Shown here: one piece after another, positions 35,381 to 48,824 of the stretch
Layout: each line of letters opens with the position of its first letter
Position numbering within the stretch: position 1 is the first letter of the stretch
Source: Chiloscyllium plagiosum
Lineage: Eukaryota
Reading direction: 5' to 3'
Assembly: GCF_004010195.1 (NCBI RefSeq)
Contig: NC_057718.1
Coordinates: forward strand, 82,400,458-82,464,457
Length of the DNA stretch: 64,000 nucleotides
Translations under genes and position numbers: made by a program
Notes under the pieces: model-generated
What the model saw: the letters and a program-made list of their open reading frames with translations, nothing else
What the model was told of the DNA's origin: nothing
Database searches by the model: none

Positions 35381-36534
35381 TGTAGTGATCGTGACAAGAT
35401 CGGCCAAGTGGACCTCAAAGAATATGTGTTCCCTAACTGGGGTTGTTAATCTATTCTAATCAGGGAGCCCTGGCTGACAGATATAAAGAGGGGTAAGTGA
35501 GGACTGCAGATGCTGGAGATCAGAGTTGGTAGTGTGGTACTGGAAAAGCACAACAGGTCAGGCAGCATCCGAGGAGCAGGAGAATCAACGTTTCGGCCAT
35601 AAACCCATCTTCAAGAATGAGGCTTGTGGGCCGGGGCTGAGAAATAAATGGGAGGGGTGGGTGGGGTGGGGGTGGTTAGCTGGCAAAGTGATAGGTGGAT
35701 GAAGGTGAGGGAGAAGGTGATAGGTCAGAGGGGTGTGATGGACAGTTACCGCAGGCAGTGCAGGCTTGGGACTGGGATAATGTGGGGGGAGGGGAAATGA
35801 GGAAGCTGTTGAAATCCACATTTATCCCGTGAGGTTGCAGGGTCCCAAGTCAGAAATTTACCTGTAGCTCTACCAATGTCATTTACTGCATCCGTTGCAC
35901 TCGGTGTGATCTCCTCTACATCGGATCAATTCAGAGAACATCTCTGGGACATCCGCACCCACCAACCCCACCACCCCGTGGCTGAACACTTCAATTCCAC
36001 CTCCCACTCCATCAAGGACATGCAGGTCCTGGGCCTCCTCCACTGCCAAACCGTTACCACCTGAAGCCTGGAGGAGGAACGCCTCATATTCCACCTTGGA
36101 ACCCTGCAACCACACGGGATAAATGTGGATTTCAACAGCTTTCTCATTTCCCCCCCCCCCCCCCACATTATCCCAGCCCAAGCCTCCAACTCGGCACTAC
36201 CCTTGGGACCTGTCATTCACTCCCTCCTCTGACCTATCACCTTCTCTCACACCTTCATCCACCTATTGCTTTGTCACCAACCACCCCAACCCCCTCCCAT
36301 TTATCTCTCAGCCCCGACCCACAAGCCTCATTCCTGATGAAGGGTAATGCCCGAAACATCAATTCTCCTGCTCCTCAGATGCTGCCCGACCTCCTGTGCT
36401 TTCCCAGATATAAACAGGAGTTTTGCTCACTCTGAGAGCTAATTCTGAGGCAGCTGGATCAGTGTCAAGGACTTTCCATTGGTAAATAAAAAGTGACCTG
36501 GTGACAGGAAATCGGACTCTGTGGAGTTAGTGTA
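35381..36534 (+). mobile_element. Gypsy solo LTR split by a PLE
   Basis: Starts tgtagt, has aataaa, 5-bp TSD actgt (35376-35380 and 36535-36539); matches the LTR at 63613. Confidence 0.8.
35495..36404 (+). mobile_element. Penelope-like element 3' end with GIY-YIG endonuclease remnant and 5' inversion
   Basis: FTCSSTNVIYCIRCTRCDLLYIG...HPVAEHFN...LGTLQPHGINVDF at 35850-36140; inverted copy 35495-35849; hammerhead motif 36331-36360; TSD cagatataaa(g/c)agg(g/a)gt. Confidence 0.9.
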
Positions 36535-36989
36535 ACTGTGACCACTAAGCAGGAAAAAAGCCTTGATTAATGAAATGCGAGCCCTTCAAGCTCCCTTCTG
36601 AGCAATGCTCCTACTAAGCTGTATGTGTCACTGTGCACGTCTTGTCCTATGTTAAATATCACATCTGAGCGGTCATGCAAAAAGAATTAAACGTAAGTGC
36701 TTCAAAACACTGGCTCCACTCACTAATAAAAGCTTACAGGGAACAGTGCCTCCAAGTTGCACAGCATCCTGTGACTAATTGGACATACGTCATTGATCCT
36801 TCATTGTCACTGGTTCAATATCCTGGAACTCCCTACAAAAAATGCCTATAACAAGCCTTTCAATCAATTACTTTTGTGTGGAGCCCTTAATGATAATCTA
36901 TCTGAACAGCGAAAGCAAGTCACTTGCATCCACATTATTGAAAAGACCCAAACATATTTTTGAATTATGCAGATTGATGACAATTAGTT

Positions 36990-38385
36990 TACATAAGAAC
37001 TCGGAGCAGGAGTAGGCCGCCTGGCCCTTCGAGCCTGCTCCGCCTTTCAATAAGGTCGTGGCTGATCTTTTCATGGACTCAGATCCACTTACCCGCACTC
37101 TCACCATATCCCTTAATTCCTTTATTGTTCAAAAAAATCTACCTTAGCTTTTAAAACATTTACTGAAGCAGAGTCAACTACTTTATTTGACAAGGAATTC
37201 CATGGATTACAACCCTCTGGATGAAGAGGTTCCTTCTCAATTCAGTCCTAAATCTTGAGGCTATGCCCTCTTGCCCTAGTTTCACCTGCCAGTGGAAACA
37301 TCCTCTCTACTTCTATCTATCCATTCCCTTCATAATTTTATATGTTTCTATAAGGTCCACCCCCGCTCAATTCTAAGAATATAAACCCAGTTTACTGAGT
37401 CTCTCCTCATAAGCCAACTCTTTCAACTCTGGAATCAACCTAGAGAACCCCCTCTGTACCCCCTCTAGTGCCAGTATCCTATCTTAAGTAAGGAGACCAA
37501 AACTACACACAGTACTCCAGATGTCGCTTCACCAGCACCTTGTACTGCTGCAACATAATCTTTCTGCTTTTAAACTCAATCCCTTTAGCAATGAAGGACA
37601 AAATTCCATTTGCCCTCCTAATTACTTGTTGTACCTGCAGACCAACCTTCTGTGATTTATGCACAAGGATACCCAGGTCCCTCTGCACAGCAGTGTGCTG
37701 CAACTTTTTACCATTCAAGGAATAATCCTTTTCACTGTTACTCATACCAAAATGGATGACTTCACATTTATTAACATTGTATTCTATCTGCCAGACCTTT
37801 GTCCACTCACTCAAAGTATCTGTGTTCCTCTGCAAAGTTTCACAATCCCCTGCACACTTTGCTTTGCCACTCATCTTAGTGTCATCTGCAAACCTTGACA
37901 CTCTACACATGGTCCCCAACTCCAAATCATCTATATAAATTGTGAAAAATTATGGTCCTAACACCGATCCCTGAGGCACTGATTGCCGATCAGAATAGCA
38001 CTTATTTATCCCCACTGTTTGCTTCCTGTTAGTCAACCAATCCTCTATCCATGCTAATACCTTACCCGTAACGCCATGCATCTTTATCTTATGTAGCAGC
38101 CTCTTGTGCAGCACCTTGTCAAAGGTCTTTTGGAAATCTAGATATACTACATCCACTGGCTGCCCGTTGTCCACATTGTTCATAATGTCTTTATAGAATT
38201 CCAAAAGATTTGTTAAGCATGCCCTACCCTTCATGCTGCATCTACCCAATGGGACAATTTTTATCAAAATGCCTTGCTATTTCTTCCTTGCTAATAGACT
38301 CAAGCATCTTCCCCACTACAGAGGTTAAGTTAGCCGGTCTATAATTTCCCCATTTTGTCTACCTCCCTTTTTAAACAGTGGTGTG
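36990..38385 (-). mobile_element. CR1 LINE RT and 3' end
   Basis: CLTNLLEF, DVVYLDFQKTFDKV, VPQGSVLGP, SRFADDTKMSG. Confidence 0.92.
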
Positions 38386-38597
38386 ATAAACATTGACAGT
38401 CAATATGTGGCAACCTCTAATAACCCTCATGCCAATCCACTTACAAGGCATTTCAATAGCTCACCTTGGCCTGGCCTGGTAACTCGCACTGTAATACTGC
38501 AGCAAATATGCTATGCACTCCCGGCCATTCGTCCAGCTCATTGGCTGAACCAGGCTGTATGTCCGTTATGTCCACTTGCAAATGATAGCACTCGCTG

Positions 38598-39221
38598 TGT
38601 AATAAGTCTGCTCCTTTAACAAGATTATGTTGTCCTTTTTTTCAGAGGGTTTGTAAACACAGAGACTCTGGGAGGTTGAGGTTTGAAGGGTTTTTGGGCC
38701 AGTTTGATTATAGCTAACAGATACTGCCTCAGGCAAAAGGCTTTCAAGTTTGAAAAAAAACACACTTGTACAATGAGAGAGGAGTAGCCAGTTCTTCCAG
38801 CTCAGCAATTCTCTGGCTTGGTTTGGTTTGGTTTTCGCAGGCAGGAATTTGTTAGCTACTGGAATGAAAGAAGCAGGTCAATGCTGACCCTCCCGCTCTC
38901 TGACATCTCTCCTAAAGAACTTGCGTTGGATTTTTCTTTTTTTTTGCAAAGAGGTGTTTATGGGGATTGTTGCAAGTATTTGGAACAGCATCATTAAGTT
39001 GGGATAATCTGTTGGGTTTTCAGATAGGTTGTTATTTTACATTCTGTTCTGTTTGTTTCATTTGGTAATCTTGTAAATAAATTCTGCTTCGGTTAAAACT
39101 AAGTGGTTGGGCCAGCTGTATCACTCCTGAAATATCCATTTTACATGTGCTTGAAACAACTAGCAAAGTTAGGGCTAGTTTCTCAAAATGTTAAGAGGGT
39201 GTCTGGCCTGGTTCCATAACA
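38598..39221 (+). mobile_element. Solo LTR of the Gmr1-like family
   Basis: TG...CA ends (tgtaat...ccataaca), aataaa; the 3' end matches the reverse complement of 47747-47830. The 5' boundary is tentative. Confidence 0.7.
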
Positions 39222-39314
39222 ACTGACGCTGAGCCAACTCGGATGGTCACAGTATCCCTGCCTTGCATTGCCTTCCAGGCTTATGGTAATTCCATCTCAC
39301 CAATGCTGTTTAGC

Positions 39315-41655
39315 ATAGACACATAGAAACATAGATGATATGAGCAGAAGTATGATGCCATTTGACCTCATGGCTCTTCTCTGCCATTCAATAGGATCAT
39401 AGCTGACCATTGAGCTTAATATCCTACTCCTATATGCCCATTTAGCCACACGAACTATATCCACCTCCTTCTTCAAAACACAATGTGTTGAACTCGATCA
39501 CTTTCTGTGGTAGTGAATTCTACAGGCTCGTGACTGTCTGGGTGAAGACATTTCTCCTCCTCAATCCTAAAATGTTTATCCCTTATTCGTAAAATATGAC
39601 CAGCGGTTATGGAGCTCCCCCACATTGGAAACATCCTTCCTGAATCAAACTTGTCAAGATCTGTTGGAATTTTATAGGTTTCTATGAGATTCATTCTTCT
39701 AAACTCCAGTAAATAAATCCAAACTGACTCCATCTCTCCTCATGTGTCAATCCTGGGTTAGGCAGGAATCAATTTGGTAAACCACTGCTGCACTTCCTGT
39801 ACAACAAGAACATCCTTCCTCAGAAAAGGAGACCAATATTCCAAGTGTGGCCTCACCAATGCCCTGTTTGATTGAACCAAGTCATCCTTGTTCCTGTAAT
39901 CCTCTCACTATGAAGGCCAACATACAATTTGCCTTCCTTACTGCCTGCTGCACCTGTGTGCATACTTTCAGTGACTAATACACAAGGACTGACGCACAAC
40001 CACATCCACTGACTTCCCTAGGTCTCATTGAACATTCCCCCTCTCAATTTACAGCTATTCACACAATAATCGCCCTTTGTGTTTTTGATAGAAAACTAGG
40101 TACTTCACATTTATCCATATTAAACTGCTTCTGCCTTGCATTCATCCATTCACTCAGCCTGTCTAAATCACAGTGCAACATCTCTGCATCCTCCTCATAG
40201 CTCGCTATCCCACCCAGCTTTTTGTCATCTGCAAATTTGGAGTTATTCCATTTAGCTTTCTCATCCAAATCATTGATATATATTGTGAATAGCTGGGGTC
40301 CTTGCACTGATCCCTGCAGTATTCCACTAGTCACTGTTTGCTGTCCAGAAAAAGACCCATTTATTCCTAGTCTTTGTTTTCTCTCTGCTAATCAATCCAG
40401 CTAGCTTTAATTTTACATATTAATCTGTCAACAGCTTTCTGAAAGTCCAGATAAATCATATCCACTGGCTTCCCCAATCAAGTCAATAGTTACATCTTTG
40501 AAGAACTCCAGTAGATTTGTCAAGCATGATTTCCCTATCGTAAATCCATCTGCTTCTGCCACTGTTTTCTAAGTGCTCTGCTATAAAGCCTTAATAATGG
40601 ACTCTAGCATCTTCCTTATGAATGATGTCAGAGTAACTGGTCTATAATTCCCTGTTTTCTCTCTACTTCCCTTTTTAAATAGTGGAGTTACATTACCTAT
40701 CCTCCGATCTGTAGGAACTGTTCCAGAGTCTAAAGAATAGAACATAGAACATAGAGCAGTACAGCACAGAACAGGCCCTTCAGCCCACGATGTTGTGCCA
40801 ACCACTGATCCTCATGTATGCACCCTCAAATTTCTGTGACCATATGCATGTCCAGTAGTCTCTTAAATGTCCCCAATGACCTTGCTTCCACAACTGCTGC
40901 TGGCAACGCATTCCATGTTCTCACAACTCTCTGTGTAAAGAACCCGCCTCTGCATCCCCTCTATACTTTCCTCCAACCAGCTTAAAACTATGACCCCTCG
41001 TATTAGTCTTGGAAGATGACCACCAATGCATCTAATATTTTGTGGGCCACTTCCTTCTGTTCTCTGAGATATAGATTATCAGGCTCTGAGGTTTTATCAG
41101 CCTTCAGTCCCACCAGTTTCTCTAACTTGATTTCTCTACTAATATAGATTTGTTTCAGTTCCCTGTGTTCCCCATCATTTCTGGTTATTTGTGTTCTCCC
41201 TTCCGAACACAGAAGTGATGTATGAATTTAGTTTGTCAGCCAGTTCTTCATTACCCATTATAATTGCCCCTGTTACTGACTGTAAGGGACCTACATTAGT
41301 TTTCACCAATCTTCTTCTCTTCACATACCTCCAGAAACCTTTATGGTCATTTCTTATGGTCCCCACAAGCTTTGTTTTCCCCTTCTTAATCCATCCCATG
41401 GTCCTCCTTTACTGATGTCTAAACTGTTCCCATTTTTCAGGTCTTTTGCTTTTTCTTGACATTTTGTATGCCCCTTTTTTGCATCTAATACTACCTCTAA
41501 TGTCCCTCATAAACCATGGTTTGGCCACTATTTTCTTTGTACTCTTTTATCATACAGGGATAAACAAATCTTGTAGTTCACCCACTCGCTTGTTGAATGT
41601 TTGACACTGTCACTCCTTTCAGTAACATCTCCCAATCCATCATAGCCAAATCCCA
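39315..41655 (-). mobile_element. CR1 LINE ORF2 and 3' end, with a nested CR1 tail (40735-41005)
   Basis: GILQGSVQGPQLFTIYINDLD, SKFADDKKLGG, PLFKKG..GNYRPVTLTS. Confidence 0.9.
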
Positions 41656-42069
41656 AAAATCAGGACGCTTAACATGATTGTCAGCAGTCCTCAGTCAAAT
41701 CAAGGGAGTCCCTTCACACAGGGGCTCCTAGCACAATGGGTCAAGGGGAGCTTCTAATACCAGTCCAGATACCTGGCCACAGTCAATCAGTCAAGTGCTC
41801 AGGGTGATTTAAATCAGGTTGCTCTCCAAATAAGAGTTGAGGAGCTGAATCCCAGGCAGCCCACCTGGTTTATCTGCCCTATTGTATTCTCTTTTCCTCC
41901 CAGAATGAAAGAGGCAGGTATTAAGGGAGATGAAAGTGAGTTGCACAGCTGTTACTATTGCAGTTGGGAAAGGTCATCTAGTGCCCCAGATAAGTGAGTG
42001 GGCAGCACACAGGATATGCAAGTCTAAAGGTATGAGAGGTTCAGGTGGGTATAACAAAAGACCTATTCT

Positions 42070-42575
42070 TATAAATTCTGTGTCCTCTGATCCAGCCCCA
42101 CTAGTTACCTGACCAAAGAGCAGCTCTCTGAAAGCTTGTACTTCCAAATAAACCTGTTGGACCATAACCTGAATCATAGAATCCCTCCAGTGTGGAAACA
42201 GGCCCTTTGACCCAACGAGTCCACACTGACCCTCCGAAGAGTAACCCACCCAGACTCATTCCCCTACCCTATTACTCTACATTTCCCCTGACTAATGCAC
42301 CTAACCTACACATCCTGGAACACTATGGGCAATTTAGCACGGCCAATTCACCAAATCTGCACATCTTTGGATTGTGGGAGGATACCAGAGCACCCGGAGG
42401 AAACCCACGCAGACACGGGGAGAACGTGCAAACTCCACACAGAGGTGGGAATCAAACTCGGGTCCCTGGTGCTGTGAGGCTGCAGCGCTAACCACTGAGC
42501 CACCGTGCTGCCCCTGGTGTTGTGTGATTTTTTTTACTTTGTCCACCCCAGTCCAACACTGGCACTTTCACATCC
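42070..42575 (+). mobile_element. PLE family B terminal fragment split by an HE1 SINE (42171-42512, minus strand)
   Basis: Degenerate hammerhead at about 42108-42137; ataacctg...cctggtgttgtgtgattttt flank the SINE. Confidence 0.75.
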
Positions 42576-42589
42576 CAGGTTAACAACAC

Positions 42590-44000
42590 AAATCAAGAAC
42601 CTCGCAGTCAATGAGGTCCATCTGGTTCCAATCGCTGCATCCCTCCTCCCTCCAAACCAGGGATATAGGCCTGATCTTTAGCTTTCAGCCTCTCTTGGGA
42701 TGTTTCCATCCCGGATCGGTTCCTCCAACTTGGACTCAGACACGGGCGGGTGTACCTGACCATGGCCTGTCTTGTCTCCAGAATGTATCAGGAGAGCTTC
42801 CTTCTCCCATTCTGGCAGTAAGGTATCAAAGCTGCATGCATCTCAGACTGAGGTTTACTCGACACAGGATGGAGGTGGAGAACTGACAGTTTCTGACAGG
42901 CCTTCTGGCTATTCTGAGGGGCCAGGTATGTTCTGCTCCTGCCCCGTTTGTGAGGTAACAGCTTTCAGGTGATCTACATGTATCACCTTCCTGTACTCTA
43001 AGTCACAGAACCTGACCTCGTAACTATACAGGGTCATTCCCATGGTTCCAGCATCAAACTTCATCCTCTGAATTAAATTGTCTCTCTCGCTTAGAGGGGG
43101 CATGTGTCTGGCATTGGTGTTCCTGCTGCCGTTTCACCCTCCCTCCCCCCATCAGGTTGGGAATATCAAGTTTAACCTGATGCAGAGTCTTCTCCCCATC
43201 AGCAACTCTGCTGGAGCTATCCCTGTTGTTGTGTGTGGCATGGCGCTTTAAGCGAACAGGAACTGGGTCAGTTTGGTATCAAGTGATGATGTAGGCTGCT
43301 TCTTAAGACTGCCTTCAGTGGTTGGACTGCTCTTTCCGTGAAACCATTGGACGATGGATAGTATGGAGCTGTTCTTATTTTGCGATCAAAAAATGTTGAG
43401 CCAATCCAGGTGCATCTTTCTTAACCAGTTACACCCCAATAGGCCTGGGCCTGAGCCTTTAACTACCATCAGTGGTTACCGCACCAACTACTTCTCATAA
43501 GAGACCAGAACTGAAGTCGTACTCTTCATCAGCAATGTTTCTCCAGTGTACGTTGTCAGCCTGGCTGAGGACTTGTGTAAATTTAAAGGTTGGAGTCCCA
43601 AACAAATCTTGTTAAAGACAGATTCTGCAACCACAGATATAACTGTGCCAGTATCAATCTCCATGGCAACTGTGTGACCATTTCACCAAATACTAATTTT
43701 AATCTAGATTAGAGTGGTGCTGGAAAAGCACAGCAGTTCAGGCAGCATCCGAGGAGCAGTAAAATCGACGTTTTGGGCAAAAGCCCTTCATCAGGAATAC
43801 AAGCAGAGCTCCTGAAGGGTGGAGAGATAATTTTAATCTGTTCTGATTTGGGTGTCACAAAGCAATTTAATTGTTCCAACCCACAGGTAAGGGAACTTTC
43901 CAGGGTGTGCACTCTCCTGCACTCTCCTATGAGTTTTCTTACTCAGGTCAGGCCTTGTAGGACTCCTTTGCTGTCTTGAGTCCACATACCAGCAGCAACA
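42590..44000 (-). mobile_element. Gypsy internal remnant (protease and post-integrase region), same family as 61.2-63.7 kb
   Basis: HTLES..GLEQLNC, MEIDTG protease motif and HVDHLKA are paralleled in the 61-63 kb copy. Confidence 0.8.
43706..43827 (-). mobile_element. PLE family A fragment
   Basis: 12-bp TSD taattttaatct; hammerhead motif with GAAA mutated to AAAA. Confidence 0.85.
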
Positions 44001-44814
44001 ACCCCTTAACAAAAATTTGTTAGTACTCTAAAACACACATATGCATTACATTGACTATAAACACGCAAGCATGCACAGCTGCATTCTATTTCAGTCTGTT
44101 GTACTCCTGCCACCTTACACCTCCATTTCTCATTTGAGTCTCGACAATGCGTTTCTCGTCCTACCACATGCACAATTTTCAAATTCAATGGCTGTTACAA
44201 CAAGCTGTATCTAAACAGTCTGGCACTTTTGTCCTTAAATTTCTCCACAAACTTCAATGGGTTATGACCAGTGTATATGATTGTCTCAGATACGTTACTG
44301 GTAATATAAACACTGAAATGTTGCAATGCCAACACCAAGCTCAAAGTCTCCTCAACTGTTGAATATTTCTGATGATGAATGTTCAACTTCCTGAAGAAAT
44401 ACCCAATAGGTCTTTCTAACTTCTCATTGTCTTCTTGCAAGAGCACAGCACTGACACTCACTACTGTGATAGTAACAACTCTTTCAGGCATTTCAATTTT
44501 TCTCAGGAAGGTAACACAATTTTTGACAACTTCCTCATTGTCCAATTCAATTTGAGGAATGTGTTATTCAGAACCCTCTGAACTTGGTTCTTCTCTCTGT
44601 GTTATAATCAATAACCCATTCTCCTCTTGCTTTTCTTCCCTGACAAAATATCTTTTGAGCATATTCACATGGCACACTCTGTGAGATTTCTTTCTGTCTG
44701 GAGTCCCTATCGAGGTGATAAAATCCACTAAAACCGTGCTTTTAAAGGTTCACCTATTACTGCAAGTAACACTAGTACCTTATCCCCAATAGAAAAATTG
44801 CAAATTTTGGGAGT

Positions 44815-45163
44815 TAGAATCCCTAAAGTGTGGAAAAAGGCCATTTGGCCCAACATGTCCATGCTAACACTCAGAAGAGCATTCCCACCAGACTCATTCC
44901 CCTATCCTACTATTTTATATTTCCCCTGACTAATGCACCTAACTTACACATCCCCAAACACCATGGGCAATTTAACATGACCATTTCATCTGACCTGCAC
45001 ATCTTTGGACTGTGGGAGGACATCAGAGCACTTGGAGGAAACCGATGCAGACACGGGAAGAATGTGCAAACTCCACATAGACAGTTGCCTGAGGCTGGAA
45101 TCGAGCCTGGGTCCCTGGCGCTGTGAGGCAGCAGTGCTAACCACTGAGCCACCGTGCTGCCCC
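44815..45163 (-). mobile_element. HE1 SINE nested in the Gmr1-like element
   Basis: Family motifs. Confidence 0.9.
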
Positions 45164-46307
45164 ACAGTTTCTTGTCTGCTTCGTGTTTCATTGTATGCTG
45201 TGATACTTCTAAATACTGTCTAGCTAACTCCCCAGTTCTATTGAATCGTTCCCTAAAATTTGACACATAGTCAAAATACGTGGTCTCTGAATTGTGATTT
45301 ACCAATTTCTCCTTAATCAATTTTAATAGTCCTTTGACTTCATGCCTAAAACTAATTCAAGTGGATTCTTTTTAGCTGTGATATTATGTAATGGAACGGC
45401 CTCTGGAAATCAAGTCGACACATTCATTATTGTGAACAAATATGGATTCCAACTCTTTGTTTGAGGTAGGGGACCTATGCTATCAATTAAGACTCTTGTA
45501 AAAGCTCCTCAAATGCAGGAAAATATATGAAAAGTGTGAGTTTTATTATTGCCTGTGGTTTTCCAATTACCTGACGTATGACATGTCTAGTAATTCAACT
45601 ACATCCTTGTGCAGTCCAGGCCAGTAAAAATGTTGTTGTATTTTAGCCTGTGTTTTCCTTCCTCCTAAATGACCCCCAAGTGGTAGCTCATGTACCACTC
45701 ACAACAATTCCTTTTCATAACCCACAGGAAATACAACTTGATGAACTTCTGTCCATATCTCATCCACCTGAATATGTGTTGTTCTCCATTTCCTCATTAA
45801 GACATCATTTTTAAGATAATAACATTTAGGGATACATTCGGATTCCTTTTCTATGTATGCCTTTTGATACAATTGCTTTAAATTTTCATTTTTCTGCTGT
45901 ACCTCAGTTAATTTATCTGAGCCAAAGATGTCTGCTTTGTCATTTATCTGCTCATAGTTTGTCTCCATGATCTGATCAAACAGGGTCTCTGCTAATTCCA
46001 CTTCAACCTTCTTATCTGTACTCTTTGACCTCTCCTGTTTCAGCTAGTGACTTTTTGGCCTCGTTACCACACAGTCGGAAAAAACTCCCAGGATACGTGT
46101 CCTGCATTATTTCAGTTGCCTGAATTTCTACTGGCTTTTCAACCATAGTAGGCAGCACTCCTACCTGTGAACCAGCTATATCATTAGCAAGGTCAGGTGA
46201 GAGTTTGTCCAGTACCCTTGCCATGACTTCTCCACTCCTCACTGGACACTCTAACCTCACTTTACGTAGTTGAGATCATTTTGTCTGACCATGAATTACT
46301 GTTTCTT

Positions 46308-46640
46308 TTAGATTAGATTCCCTCCAGTATGGGGACAGGCCATTTGGCCCAACAAGTCCACACTATCCCTCTGAAGAGTAACCCACCCAGACCCATTCTC
46401 CTACCCTATATTTACCCCTGACTAATGCACCTAACACGATGGGCAATTTAGCATGGCCAATTCACCTAACGCGCACATCTTTAGATTGCGGGAGGAAACT
46501 GGAGTACCTTGAGGAAACCCACGCAGACACAGGGAGAATGTGCAAACTCCACACGGACAGTCACCCAAGTGGGAATTGAACCCGGGTCTCTGGCCCTGTG
46601 GGGGCAGCAGTGCTAACCAGTGATCCACTGTGCCACCCTA
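46308..46640 (-). mobile_element. HE1 SINE nested in the Gmr1-like element
   Basis: Family motifs. Confidence 0.9.
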
Positions 46641-47725
46641 GTACTCTTTCTAGCAAAAGTCCTTCAGAAGTGCATATCTCTTTATCTTTTGGCATTGCAG
46701 ACTGAGAGGATCCTGTGTCTCTTACTATTGTAGCCTCTTTACCTACTGCTGCTGTGCGAATAAACTTTACCTTCACAGGTATATGGTTTAAGAAGATCAT
46801 GCATTTCCTTCTTAACCAACCTCCGACTAGGTTGTACATTCTGGTGCAGCTTTTTAGCCTCCACTGTGCTTTCTGTTGTCACTCCAACAAATTCACTGGC
46901 TTATTCTTTTTTCCTACATCTGGCTTCCCAGTGCTTCTCCTAACTCACCAACACCATGATTTCATGTGGCCTACTTTATTGCAGTGAAAACACTAGAGCT
47001 TCTTAACTTCTCTGTCCCCTCCAAGGGTTTCCTTTTTACCCTGTGATAAGTTATCCATTATGATCTTCATCGAGATCTATTTTTTCTTTTCCACATGAGG
47101 ATTTCTCTTTTTCCCAATTTCTGTCCCTCACGGATTCAAATTGATTCTGGAAGCCAAACTTTGCTGTATGGGCCAACTCATAATTGTCAGCCATTTTGGC
47201 TGCTAATCTTGCCATTTTAACTCTTTACTCTTTCACATGAGTTCTCCCTACTGCAGAAAGTAATTTTTTGAACTCCTGTCTAAATGCCAATTTCTGAAGT
47301 TTGAACTCTCTCTTTTTCTCTCTCTTCTGCTTTTAATTGTAATTCCTTTTCCTTTGCCTCTAACCCCAAGCTGCTACATTTTCAATTGAATTTTAGCCAT
47401 CTCTAAAGATTCTGATGGCATTTCCAGCATAATTAAATGCTGAGCTACTATTGTAATTATCTTTCCTTTCCTCACGGAAGGAGGCAGCTCTGACTCCAGC
47501 TCGTCTGCTAATTCTCACAGCTTGGCCTTAACCACTTTTTGTAAAACCCCTAAGGTCACTGCTTCCATCCCCCAGAAAACTCTTTGTAACTGAAAGAGCC
47601 ATTGCTATCCTGAGCACTGTTTAAAACCAACCGAATCAAAACCCGGAACAAAAGACACCAACACCTACCAGTCGCTGCCTTCGAGTCCAACAACTCTAAT
47701 CCCAATTTGGAACTACAGAAAAAAG

Positions 47726-47743
47726 TCCCACAATGAGCCTCCA
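47726..47743 (-). promoter_or_regulatory. Primer-binding site, tRNA-Pro-like (degenerate)
   Basis: tggaggctcattgtggga, 3 nt after the LTR end ...ccataaca, versus tRNA-Pro PBS TGGGGGCTCGTCCGGGA. Confidence 0.65.
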
Positions 47744-47901
47744 ATCTGTTATGGACCAGGCCAGACTCCCTCTAAACATTTAAAGAAGGCAGCCCAGACC
47801 CTAACTTTGCTAGTTGTTTTAAGCAGGAGAGATATTCATTCTTGATGTCATTTGGGTGATATAGATGTTGACATATGCTGCTTGGCATTTCCAGAGGAGT
47901 A

Positions 47902-48100
47902 AGTGAGGTCTGCAGATGCTGGAGATCAGAGCTGAAAATGTGTTGCTGGAAAAGCGCAGCAGGTCAGGCAGCATCCAGGGAACAGGAGAATCGATGTTTC
48001 GGGCATAAGCCTTCCTGAAGAAGGGCTTATGCCCAAAATGTCGATTCTCCTGTTCCCTGGATGCTGCCTGACCTGCTGCGCTTTTCCAGCAACACATTTT
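47902..48100. mobile_element. PLE family A fold-back mini-element
   Basis: Perfect 16-bp TSD catttccagaggagta (47886-47901 and 48101-48116); inverted arms meet inside the hammerhead motif. Confidence 0.9.
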
Positions 48101-48824
48101 CATTTCCAGAGGAGTATCAATGCATGTTCTCTCATCAGACAATAGTCAGTGGTATTCCCAAAGTGGAAGCTATTATTGACATGCTTCTGATCACTGTAGT
48201 ATTTATCAAGTTTTAGGAAACTGTTGTAACCAATCCCCTCATTTTAAATGGCAAGAACGTTGATGAAATATGATTTAATTATTAAATCCAACTTGAGTAG
48301 TTTAATGACAGATAGGAATGTCTTCACCTTCAAGGCACTATATCATTTTGAACACATTCAATTATTTCCAGTAATCTTGATAGCTCATTTCCACTATGTA
48401 AAGTTGAGTTAAACTCAAAAATGACTGAAGTGATTGAACTTGAATTCACTAAATTCATTTTTTTCTCTCCTTTCTTGTCTCTGAGCTTTTAGAAGTAAAT
48501 TGTTTTCTATTCTGGTTGTATTGTTTTCAGTTAATTCCATGAAATTACAAAGGATTGCAATACTAAACAATCATTTGGTTCAACCATACAACTTGGAAAG
48601 GAGATTGTATTTAATTTAAGATTGCATTTACAATGTCCCCATTTACTATGGTCATTTTGACAAATGGAAGCAGAACTCACTATCATAGAAATTTTATAAC
48701 ACAGGAGGAAGTTACTTAGCTTATTGTCTCTGCACTGAGTGACAGGGAGAAGCACAATTGAATTCAAACTCAGGATCTCCTGTTTTACTAGGCAAGAACT
48801 ATAACTCACCAAGGCGTGGCTCAG

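Larger units (their letters stand above)
44000..47830 (-). mobile_element. Gmr1-like Gypsy LTR retrotransposon, decayed (LTR-PBS-gag-PR-IN-RH; RT missing)
   Basis: CFHCNKVGHMKSWC knuckle (about 46951-46992), IVRDTGSSQS protease, HLG..KT..HFYWPGL integrase (45.4-45.8 kb), then RNase H AVLLQ..PIGYF..YSTVEE (44.15-44.47 kb). Confidence 0.85.
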
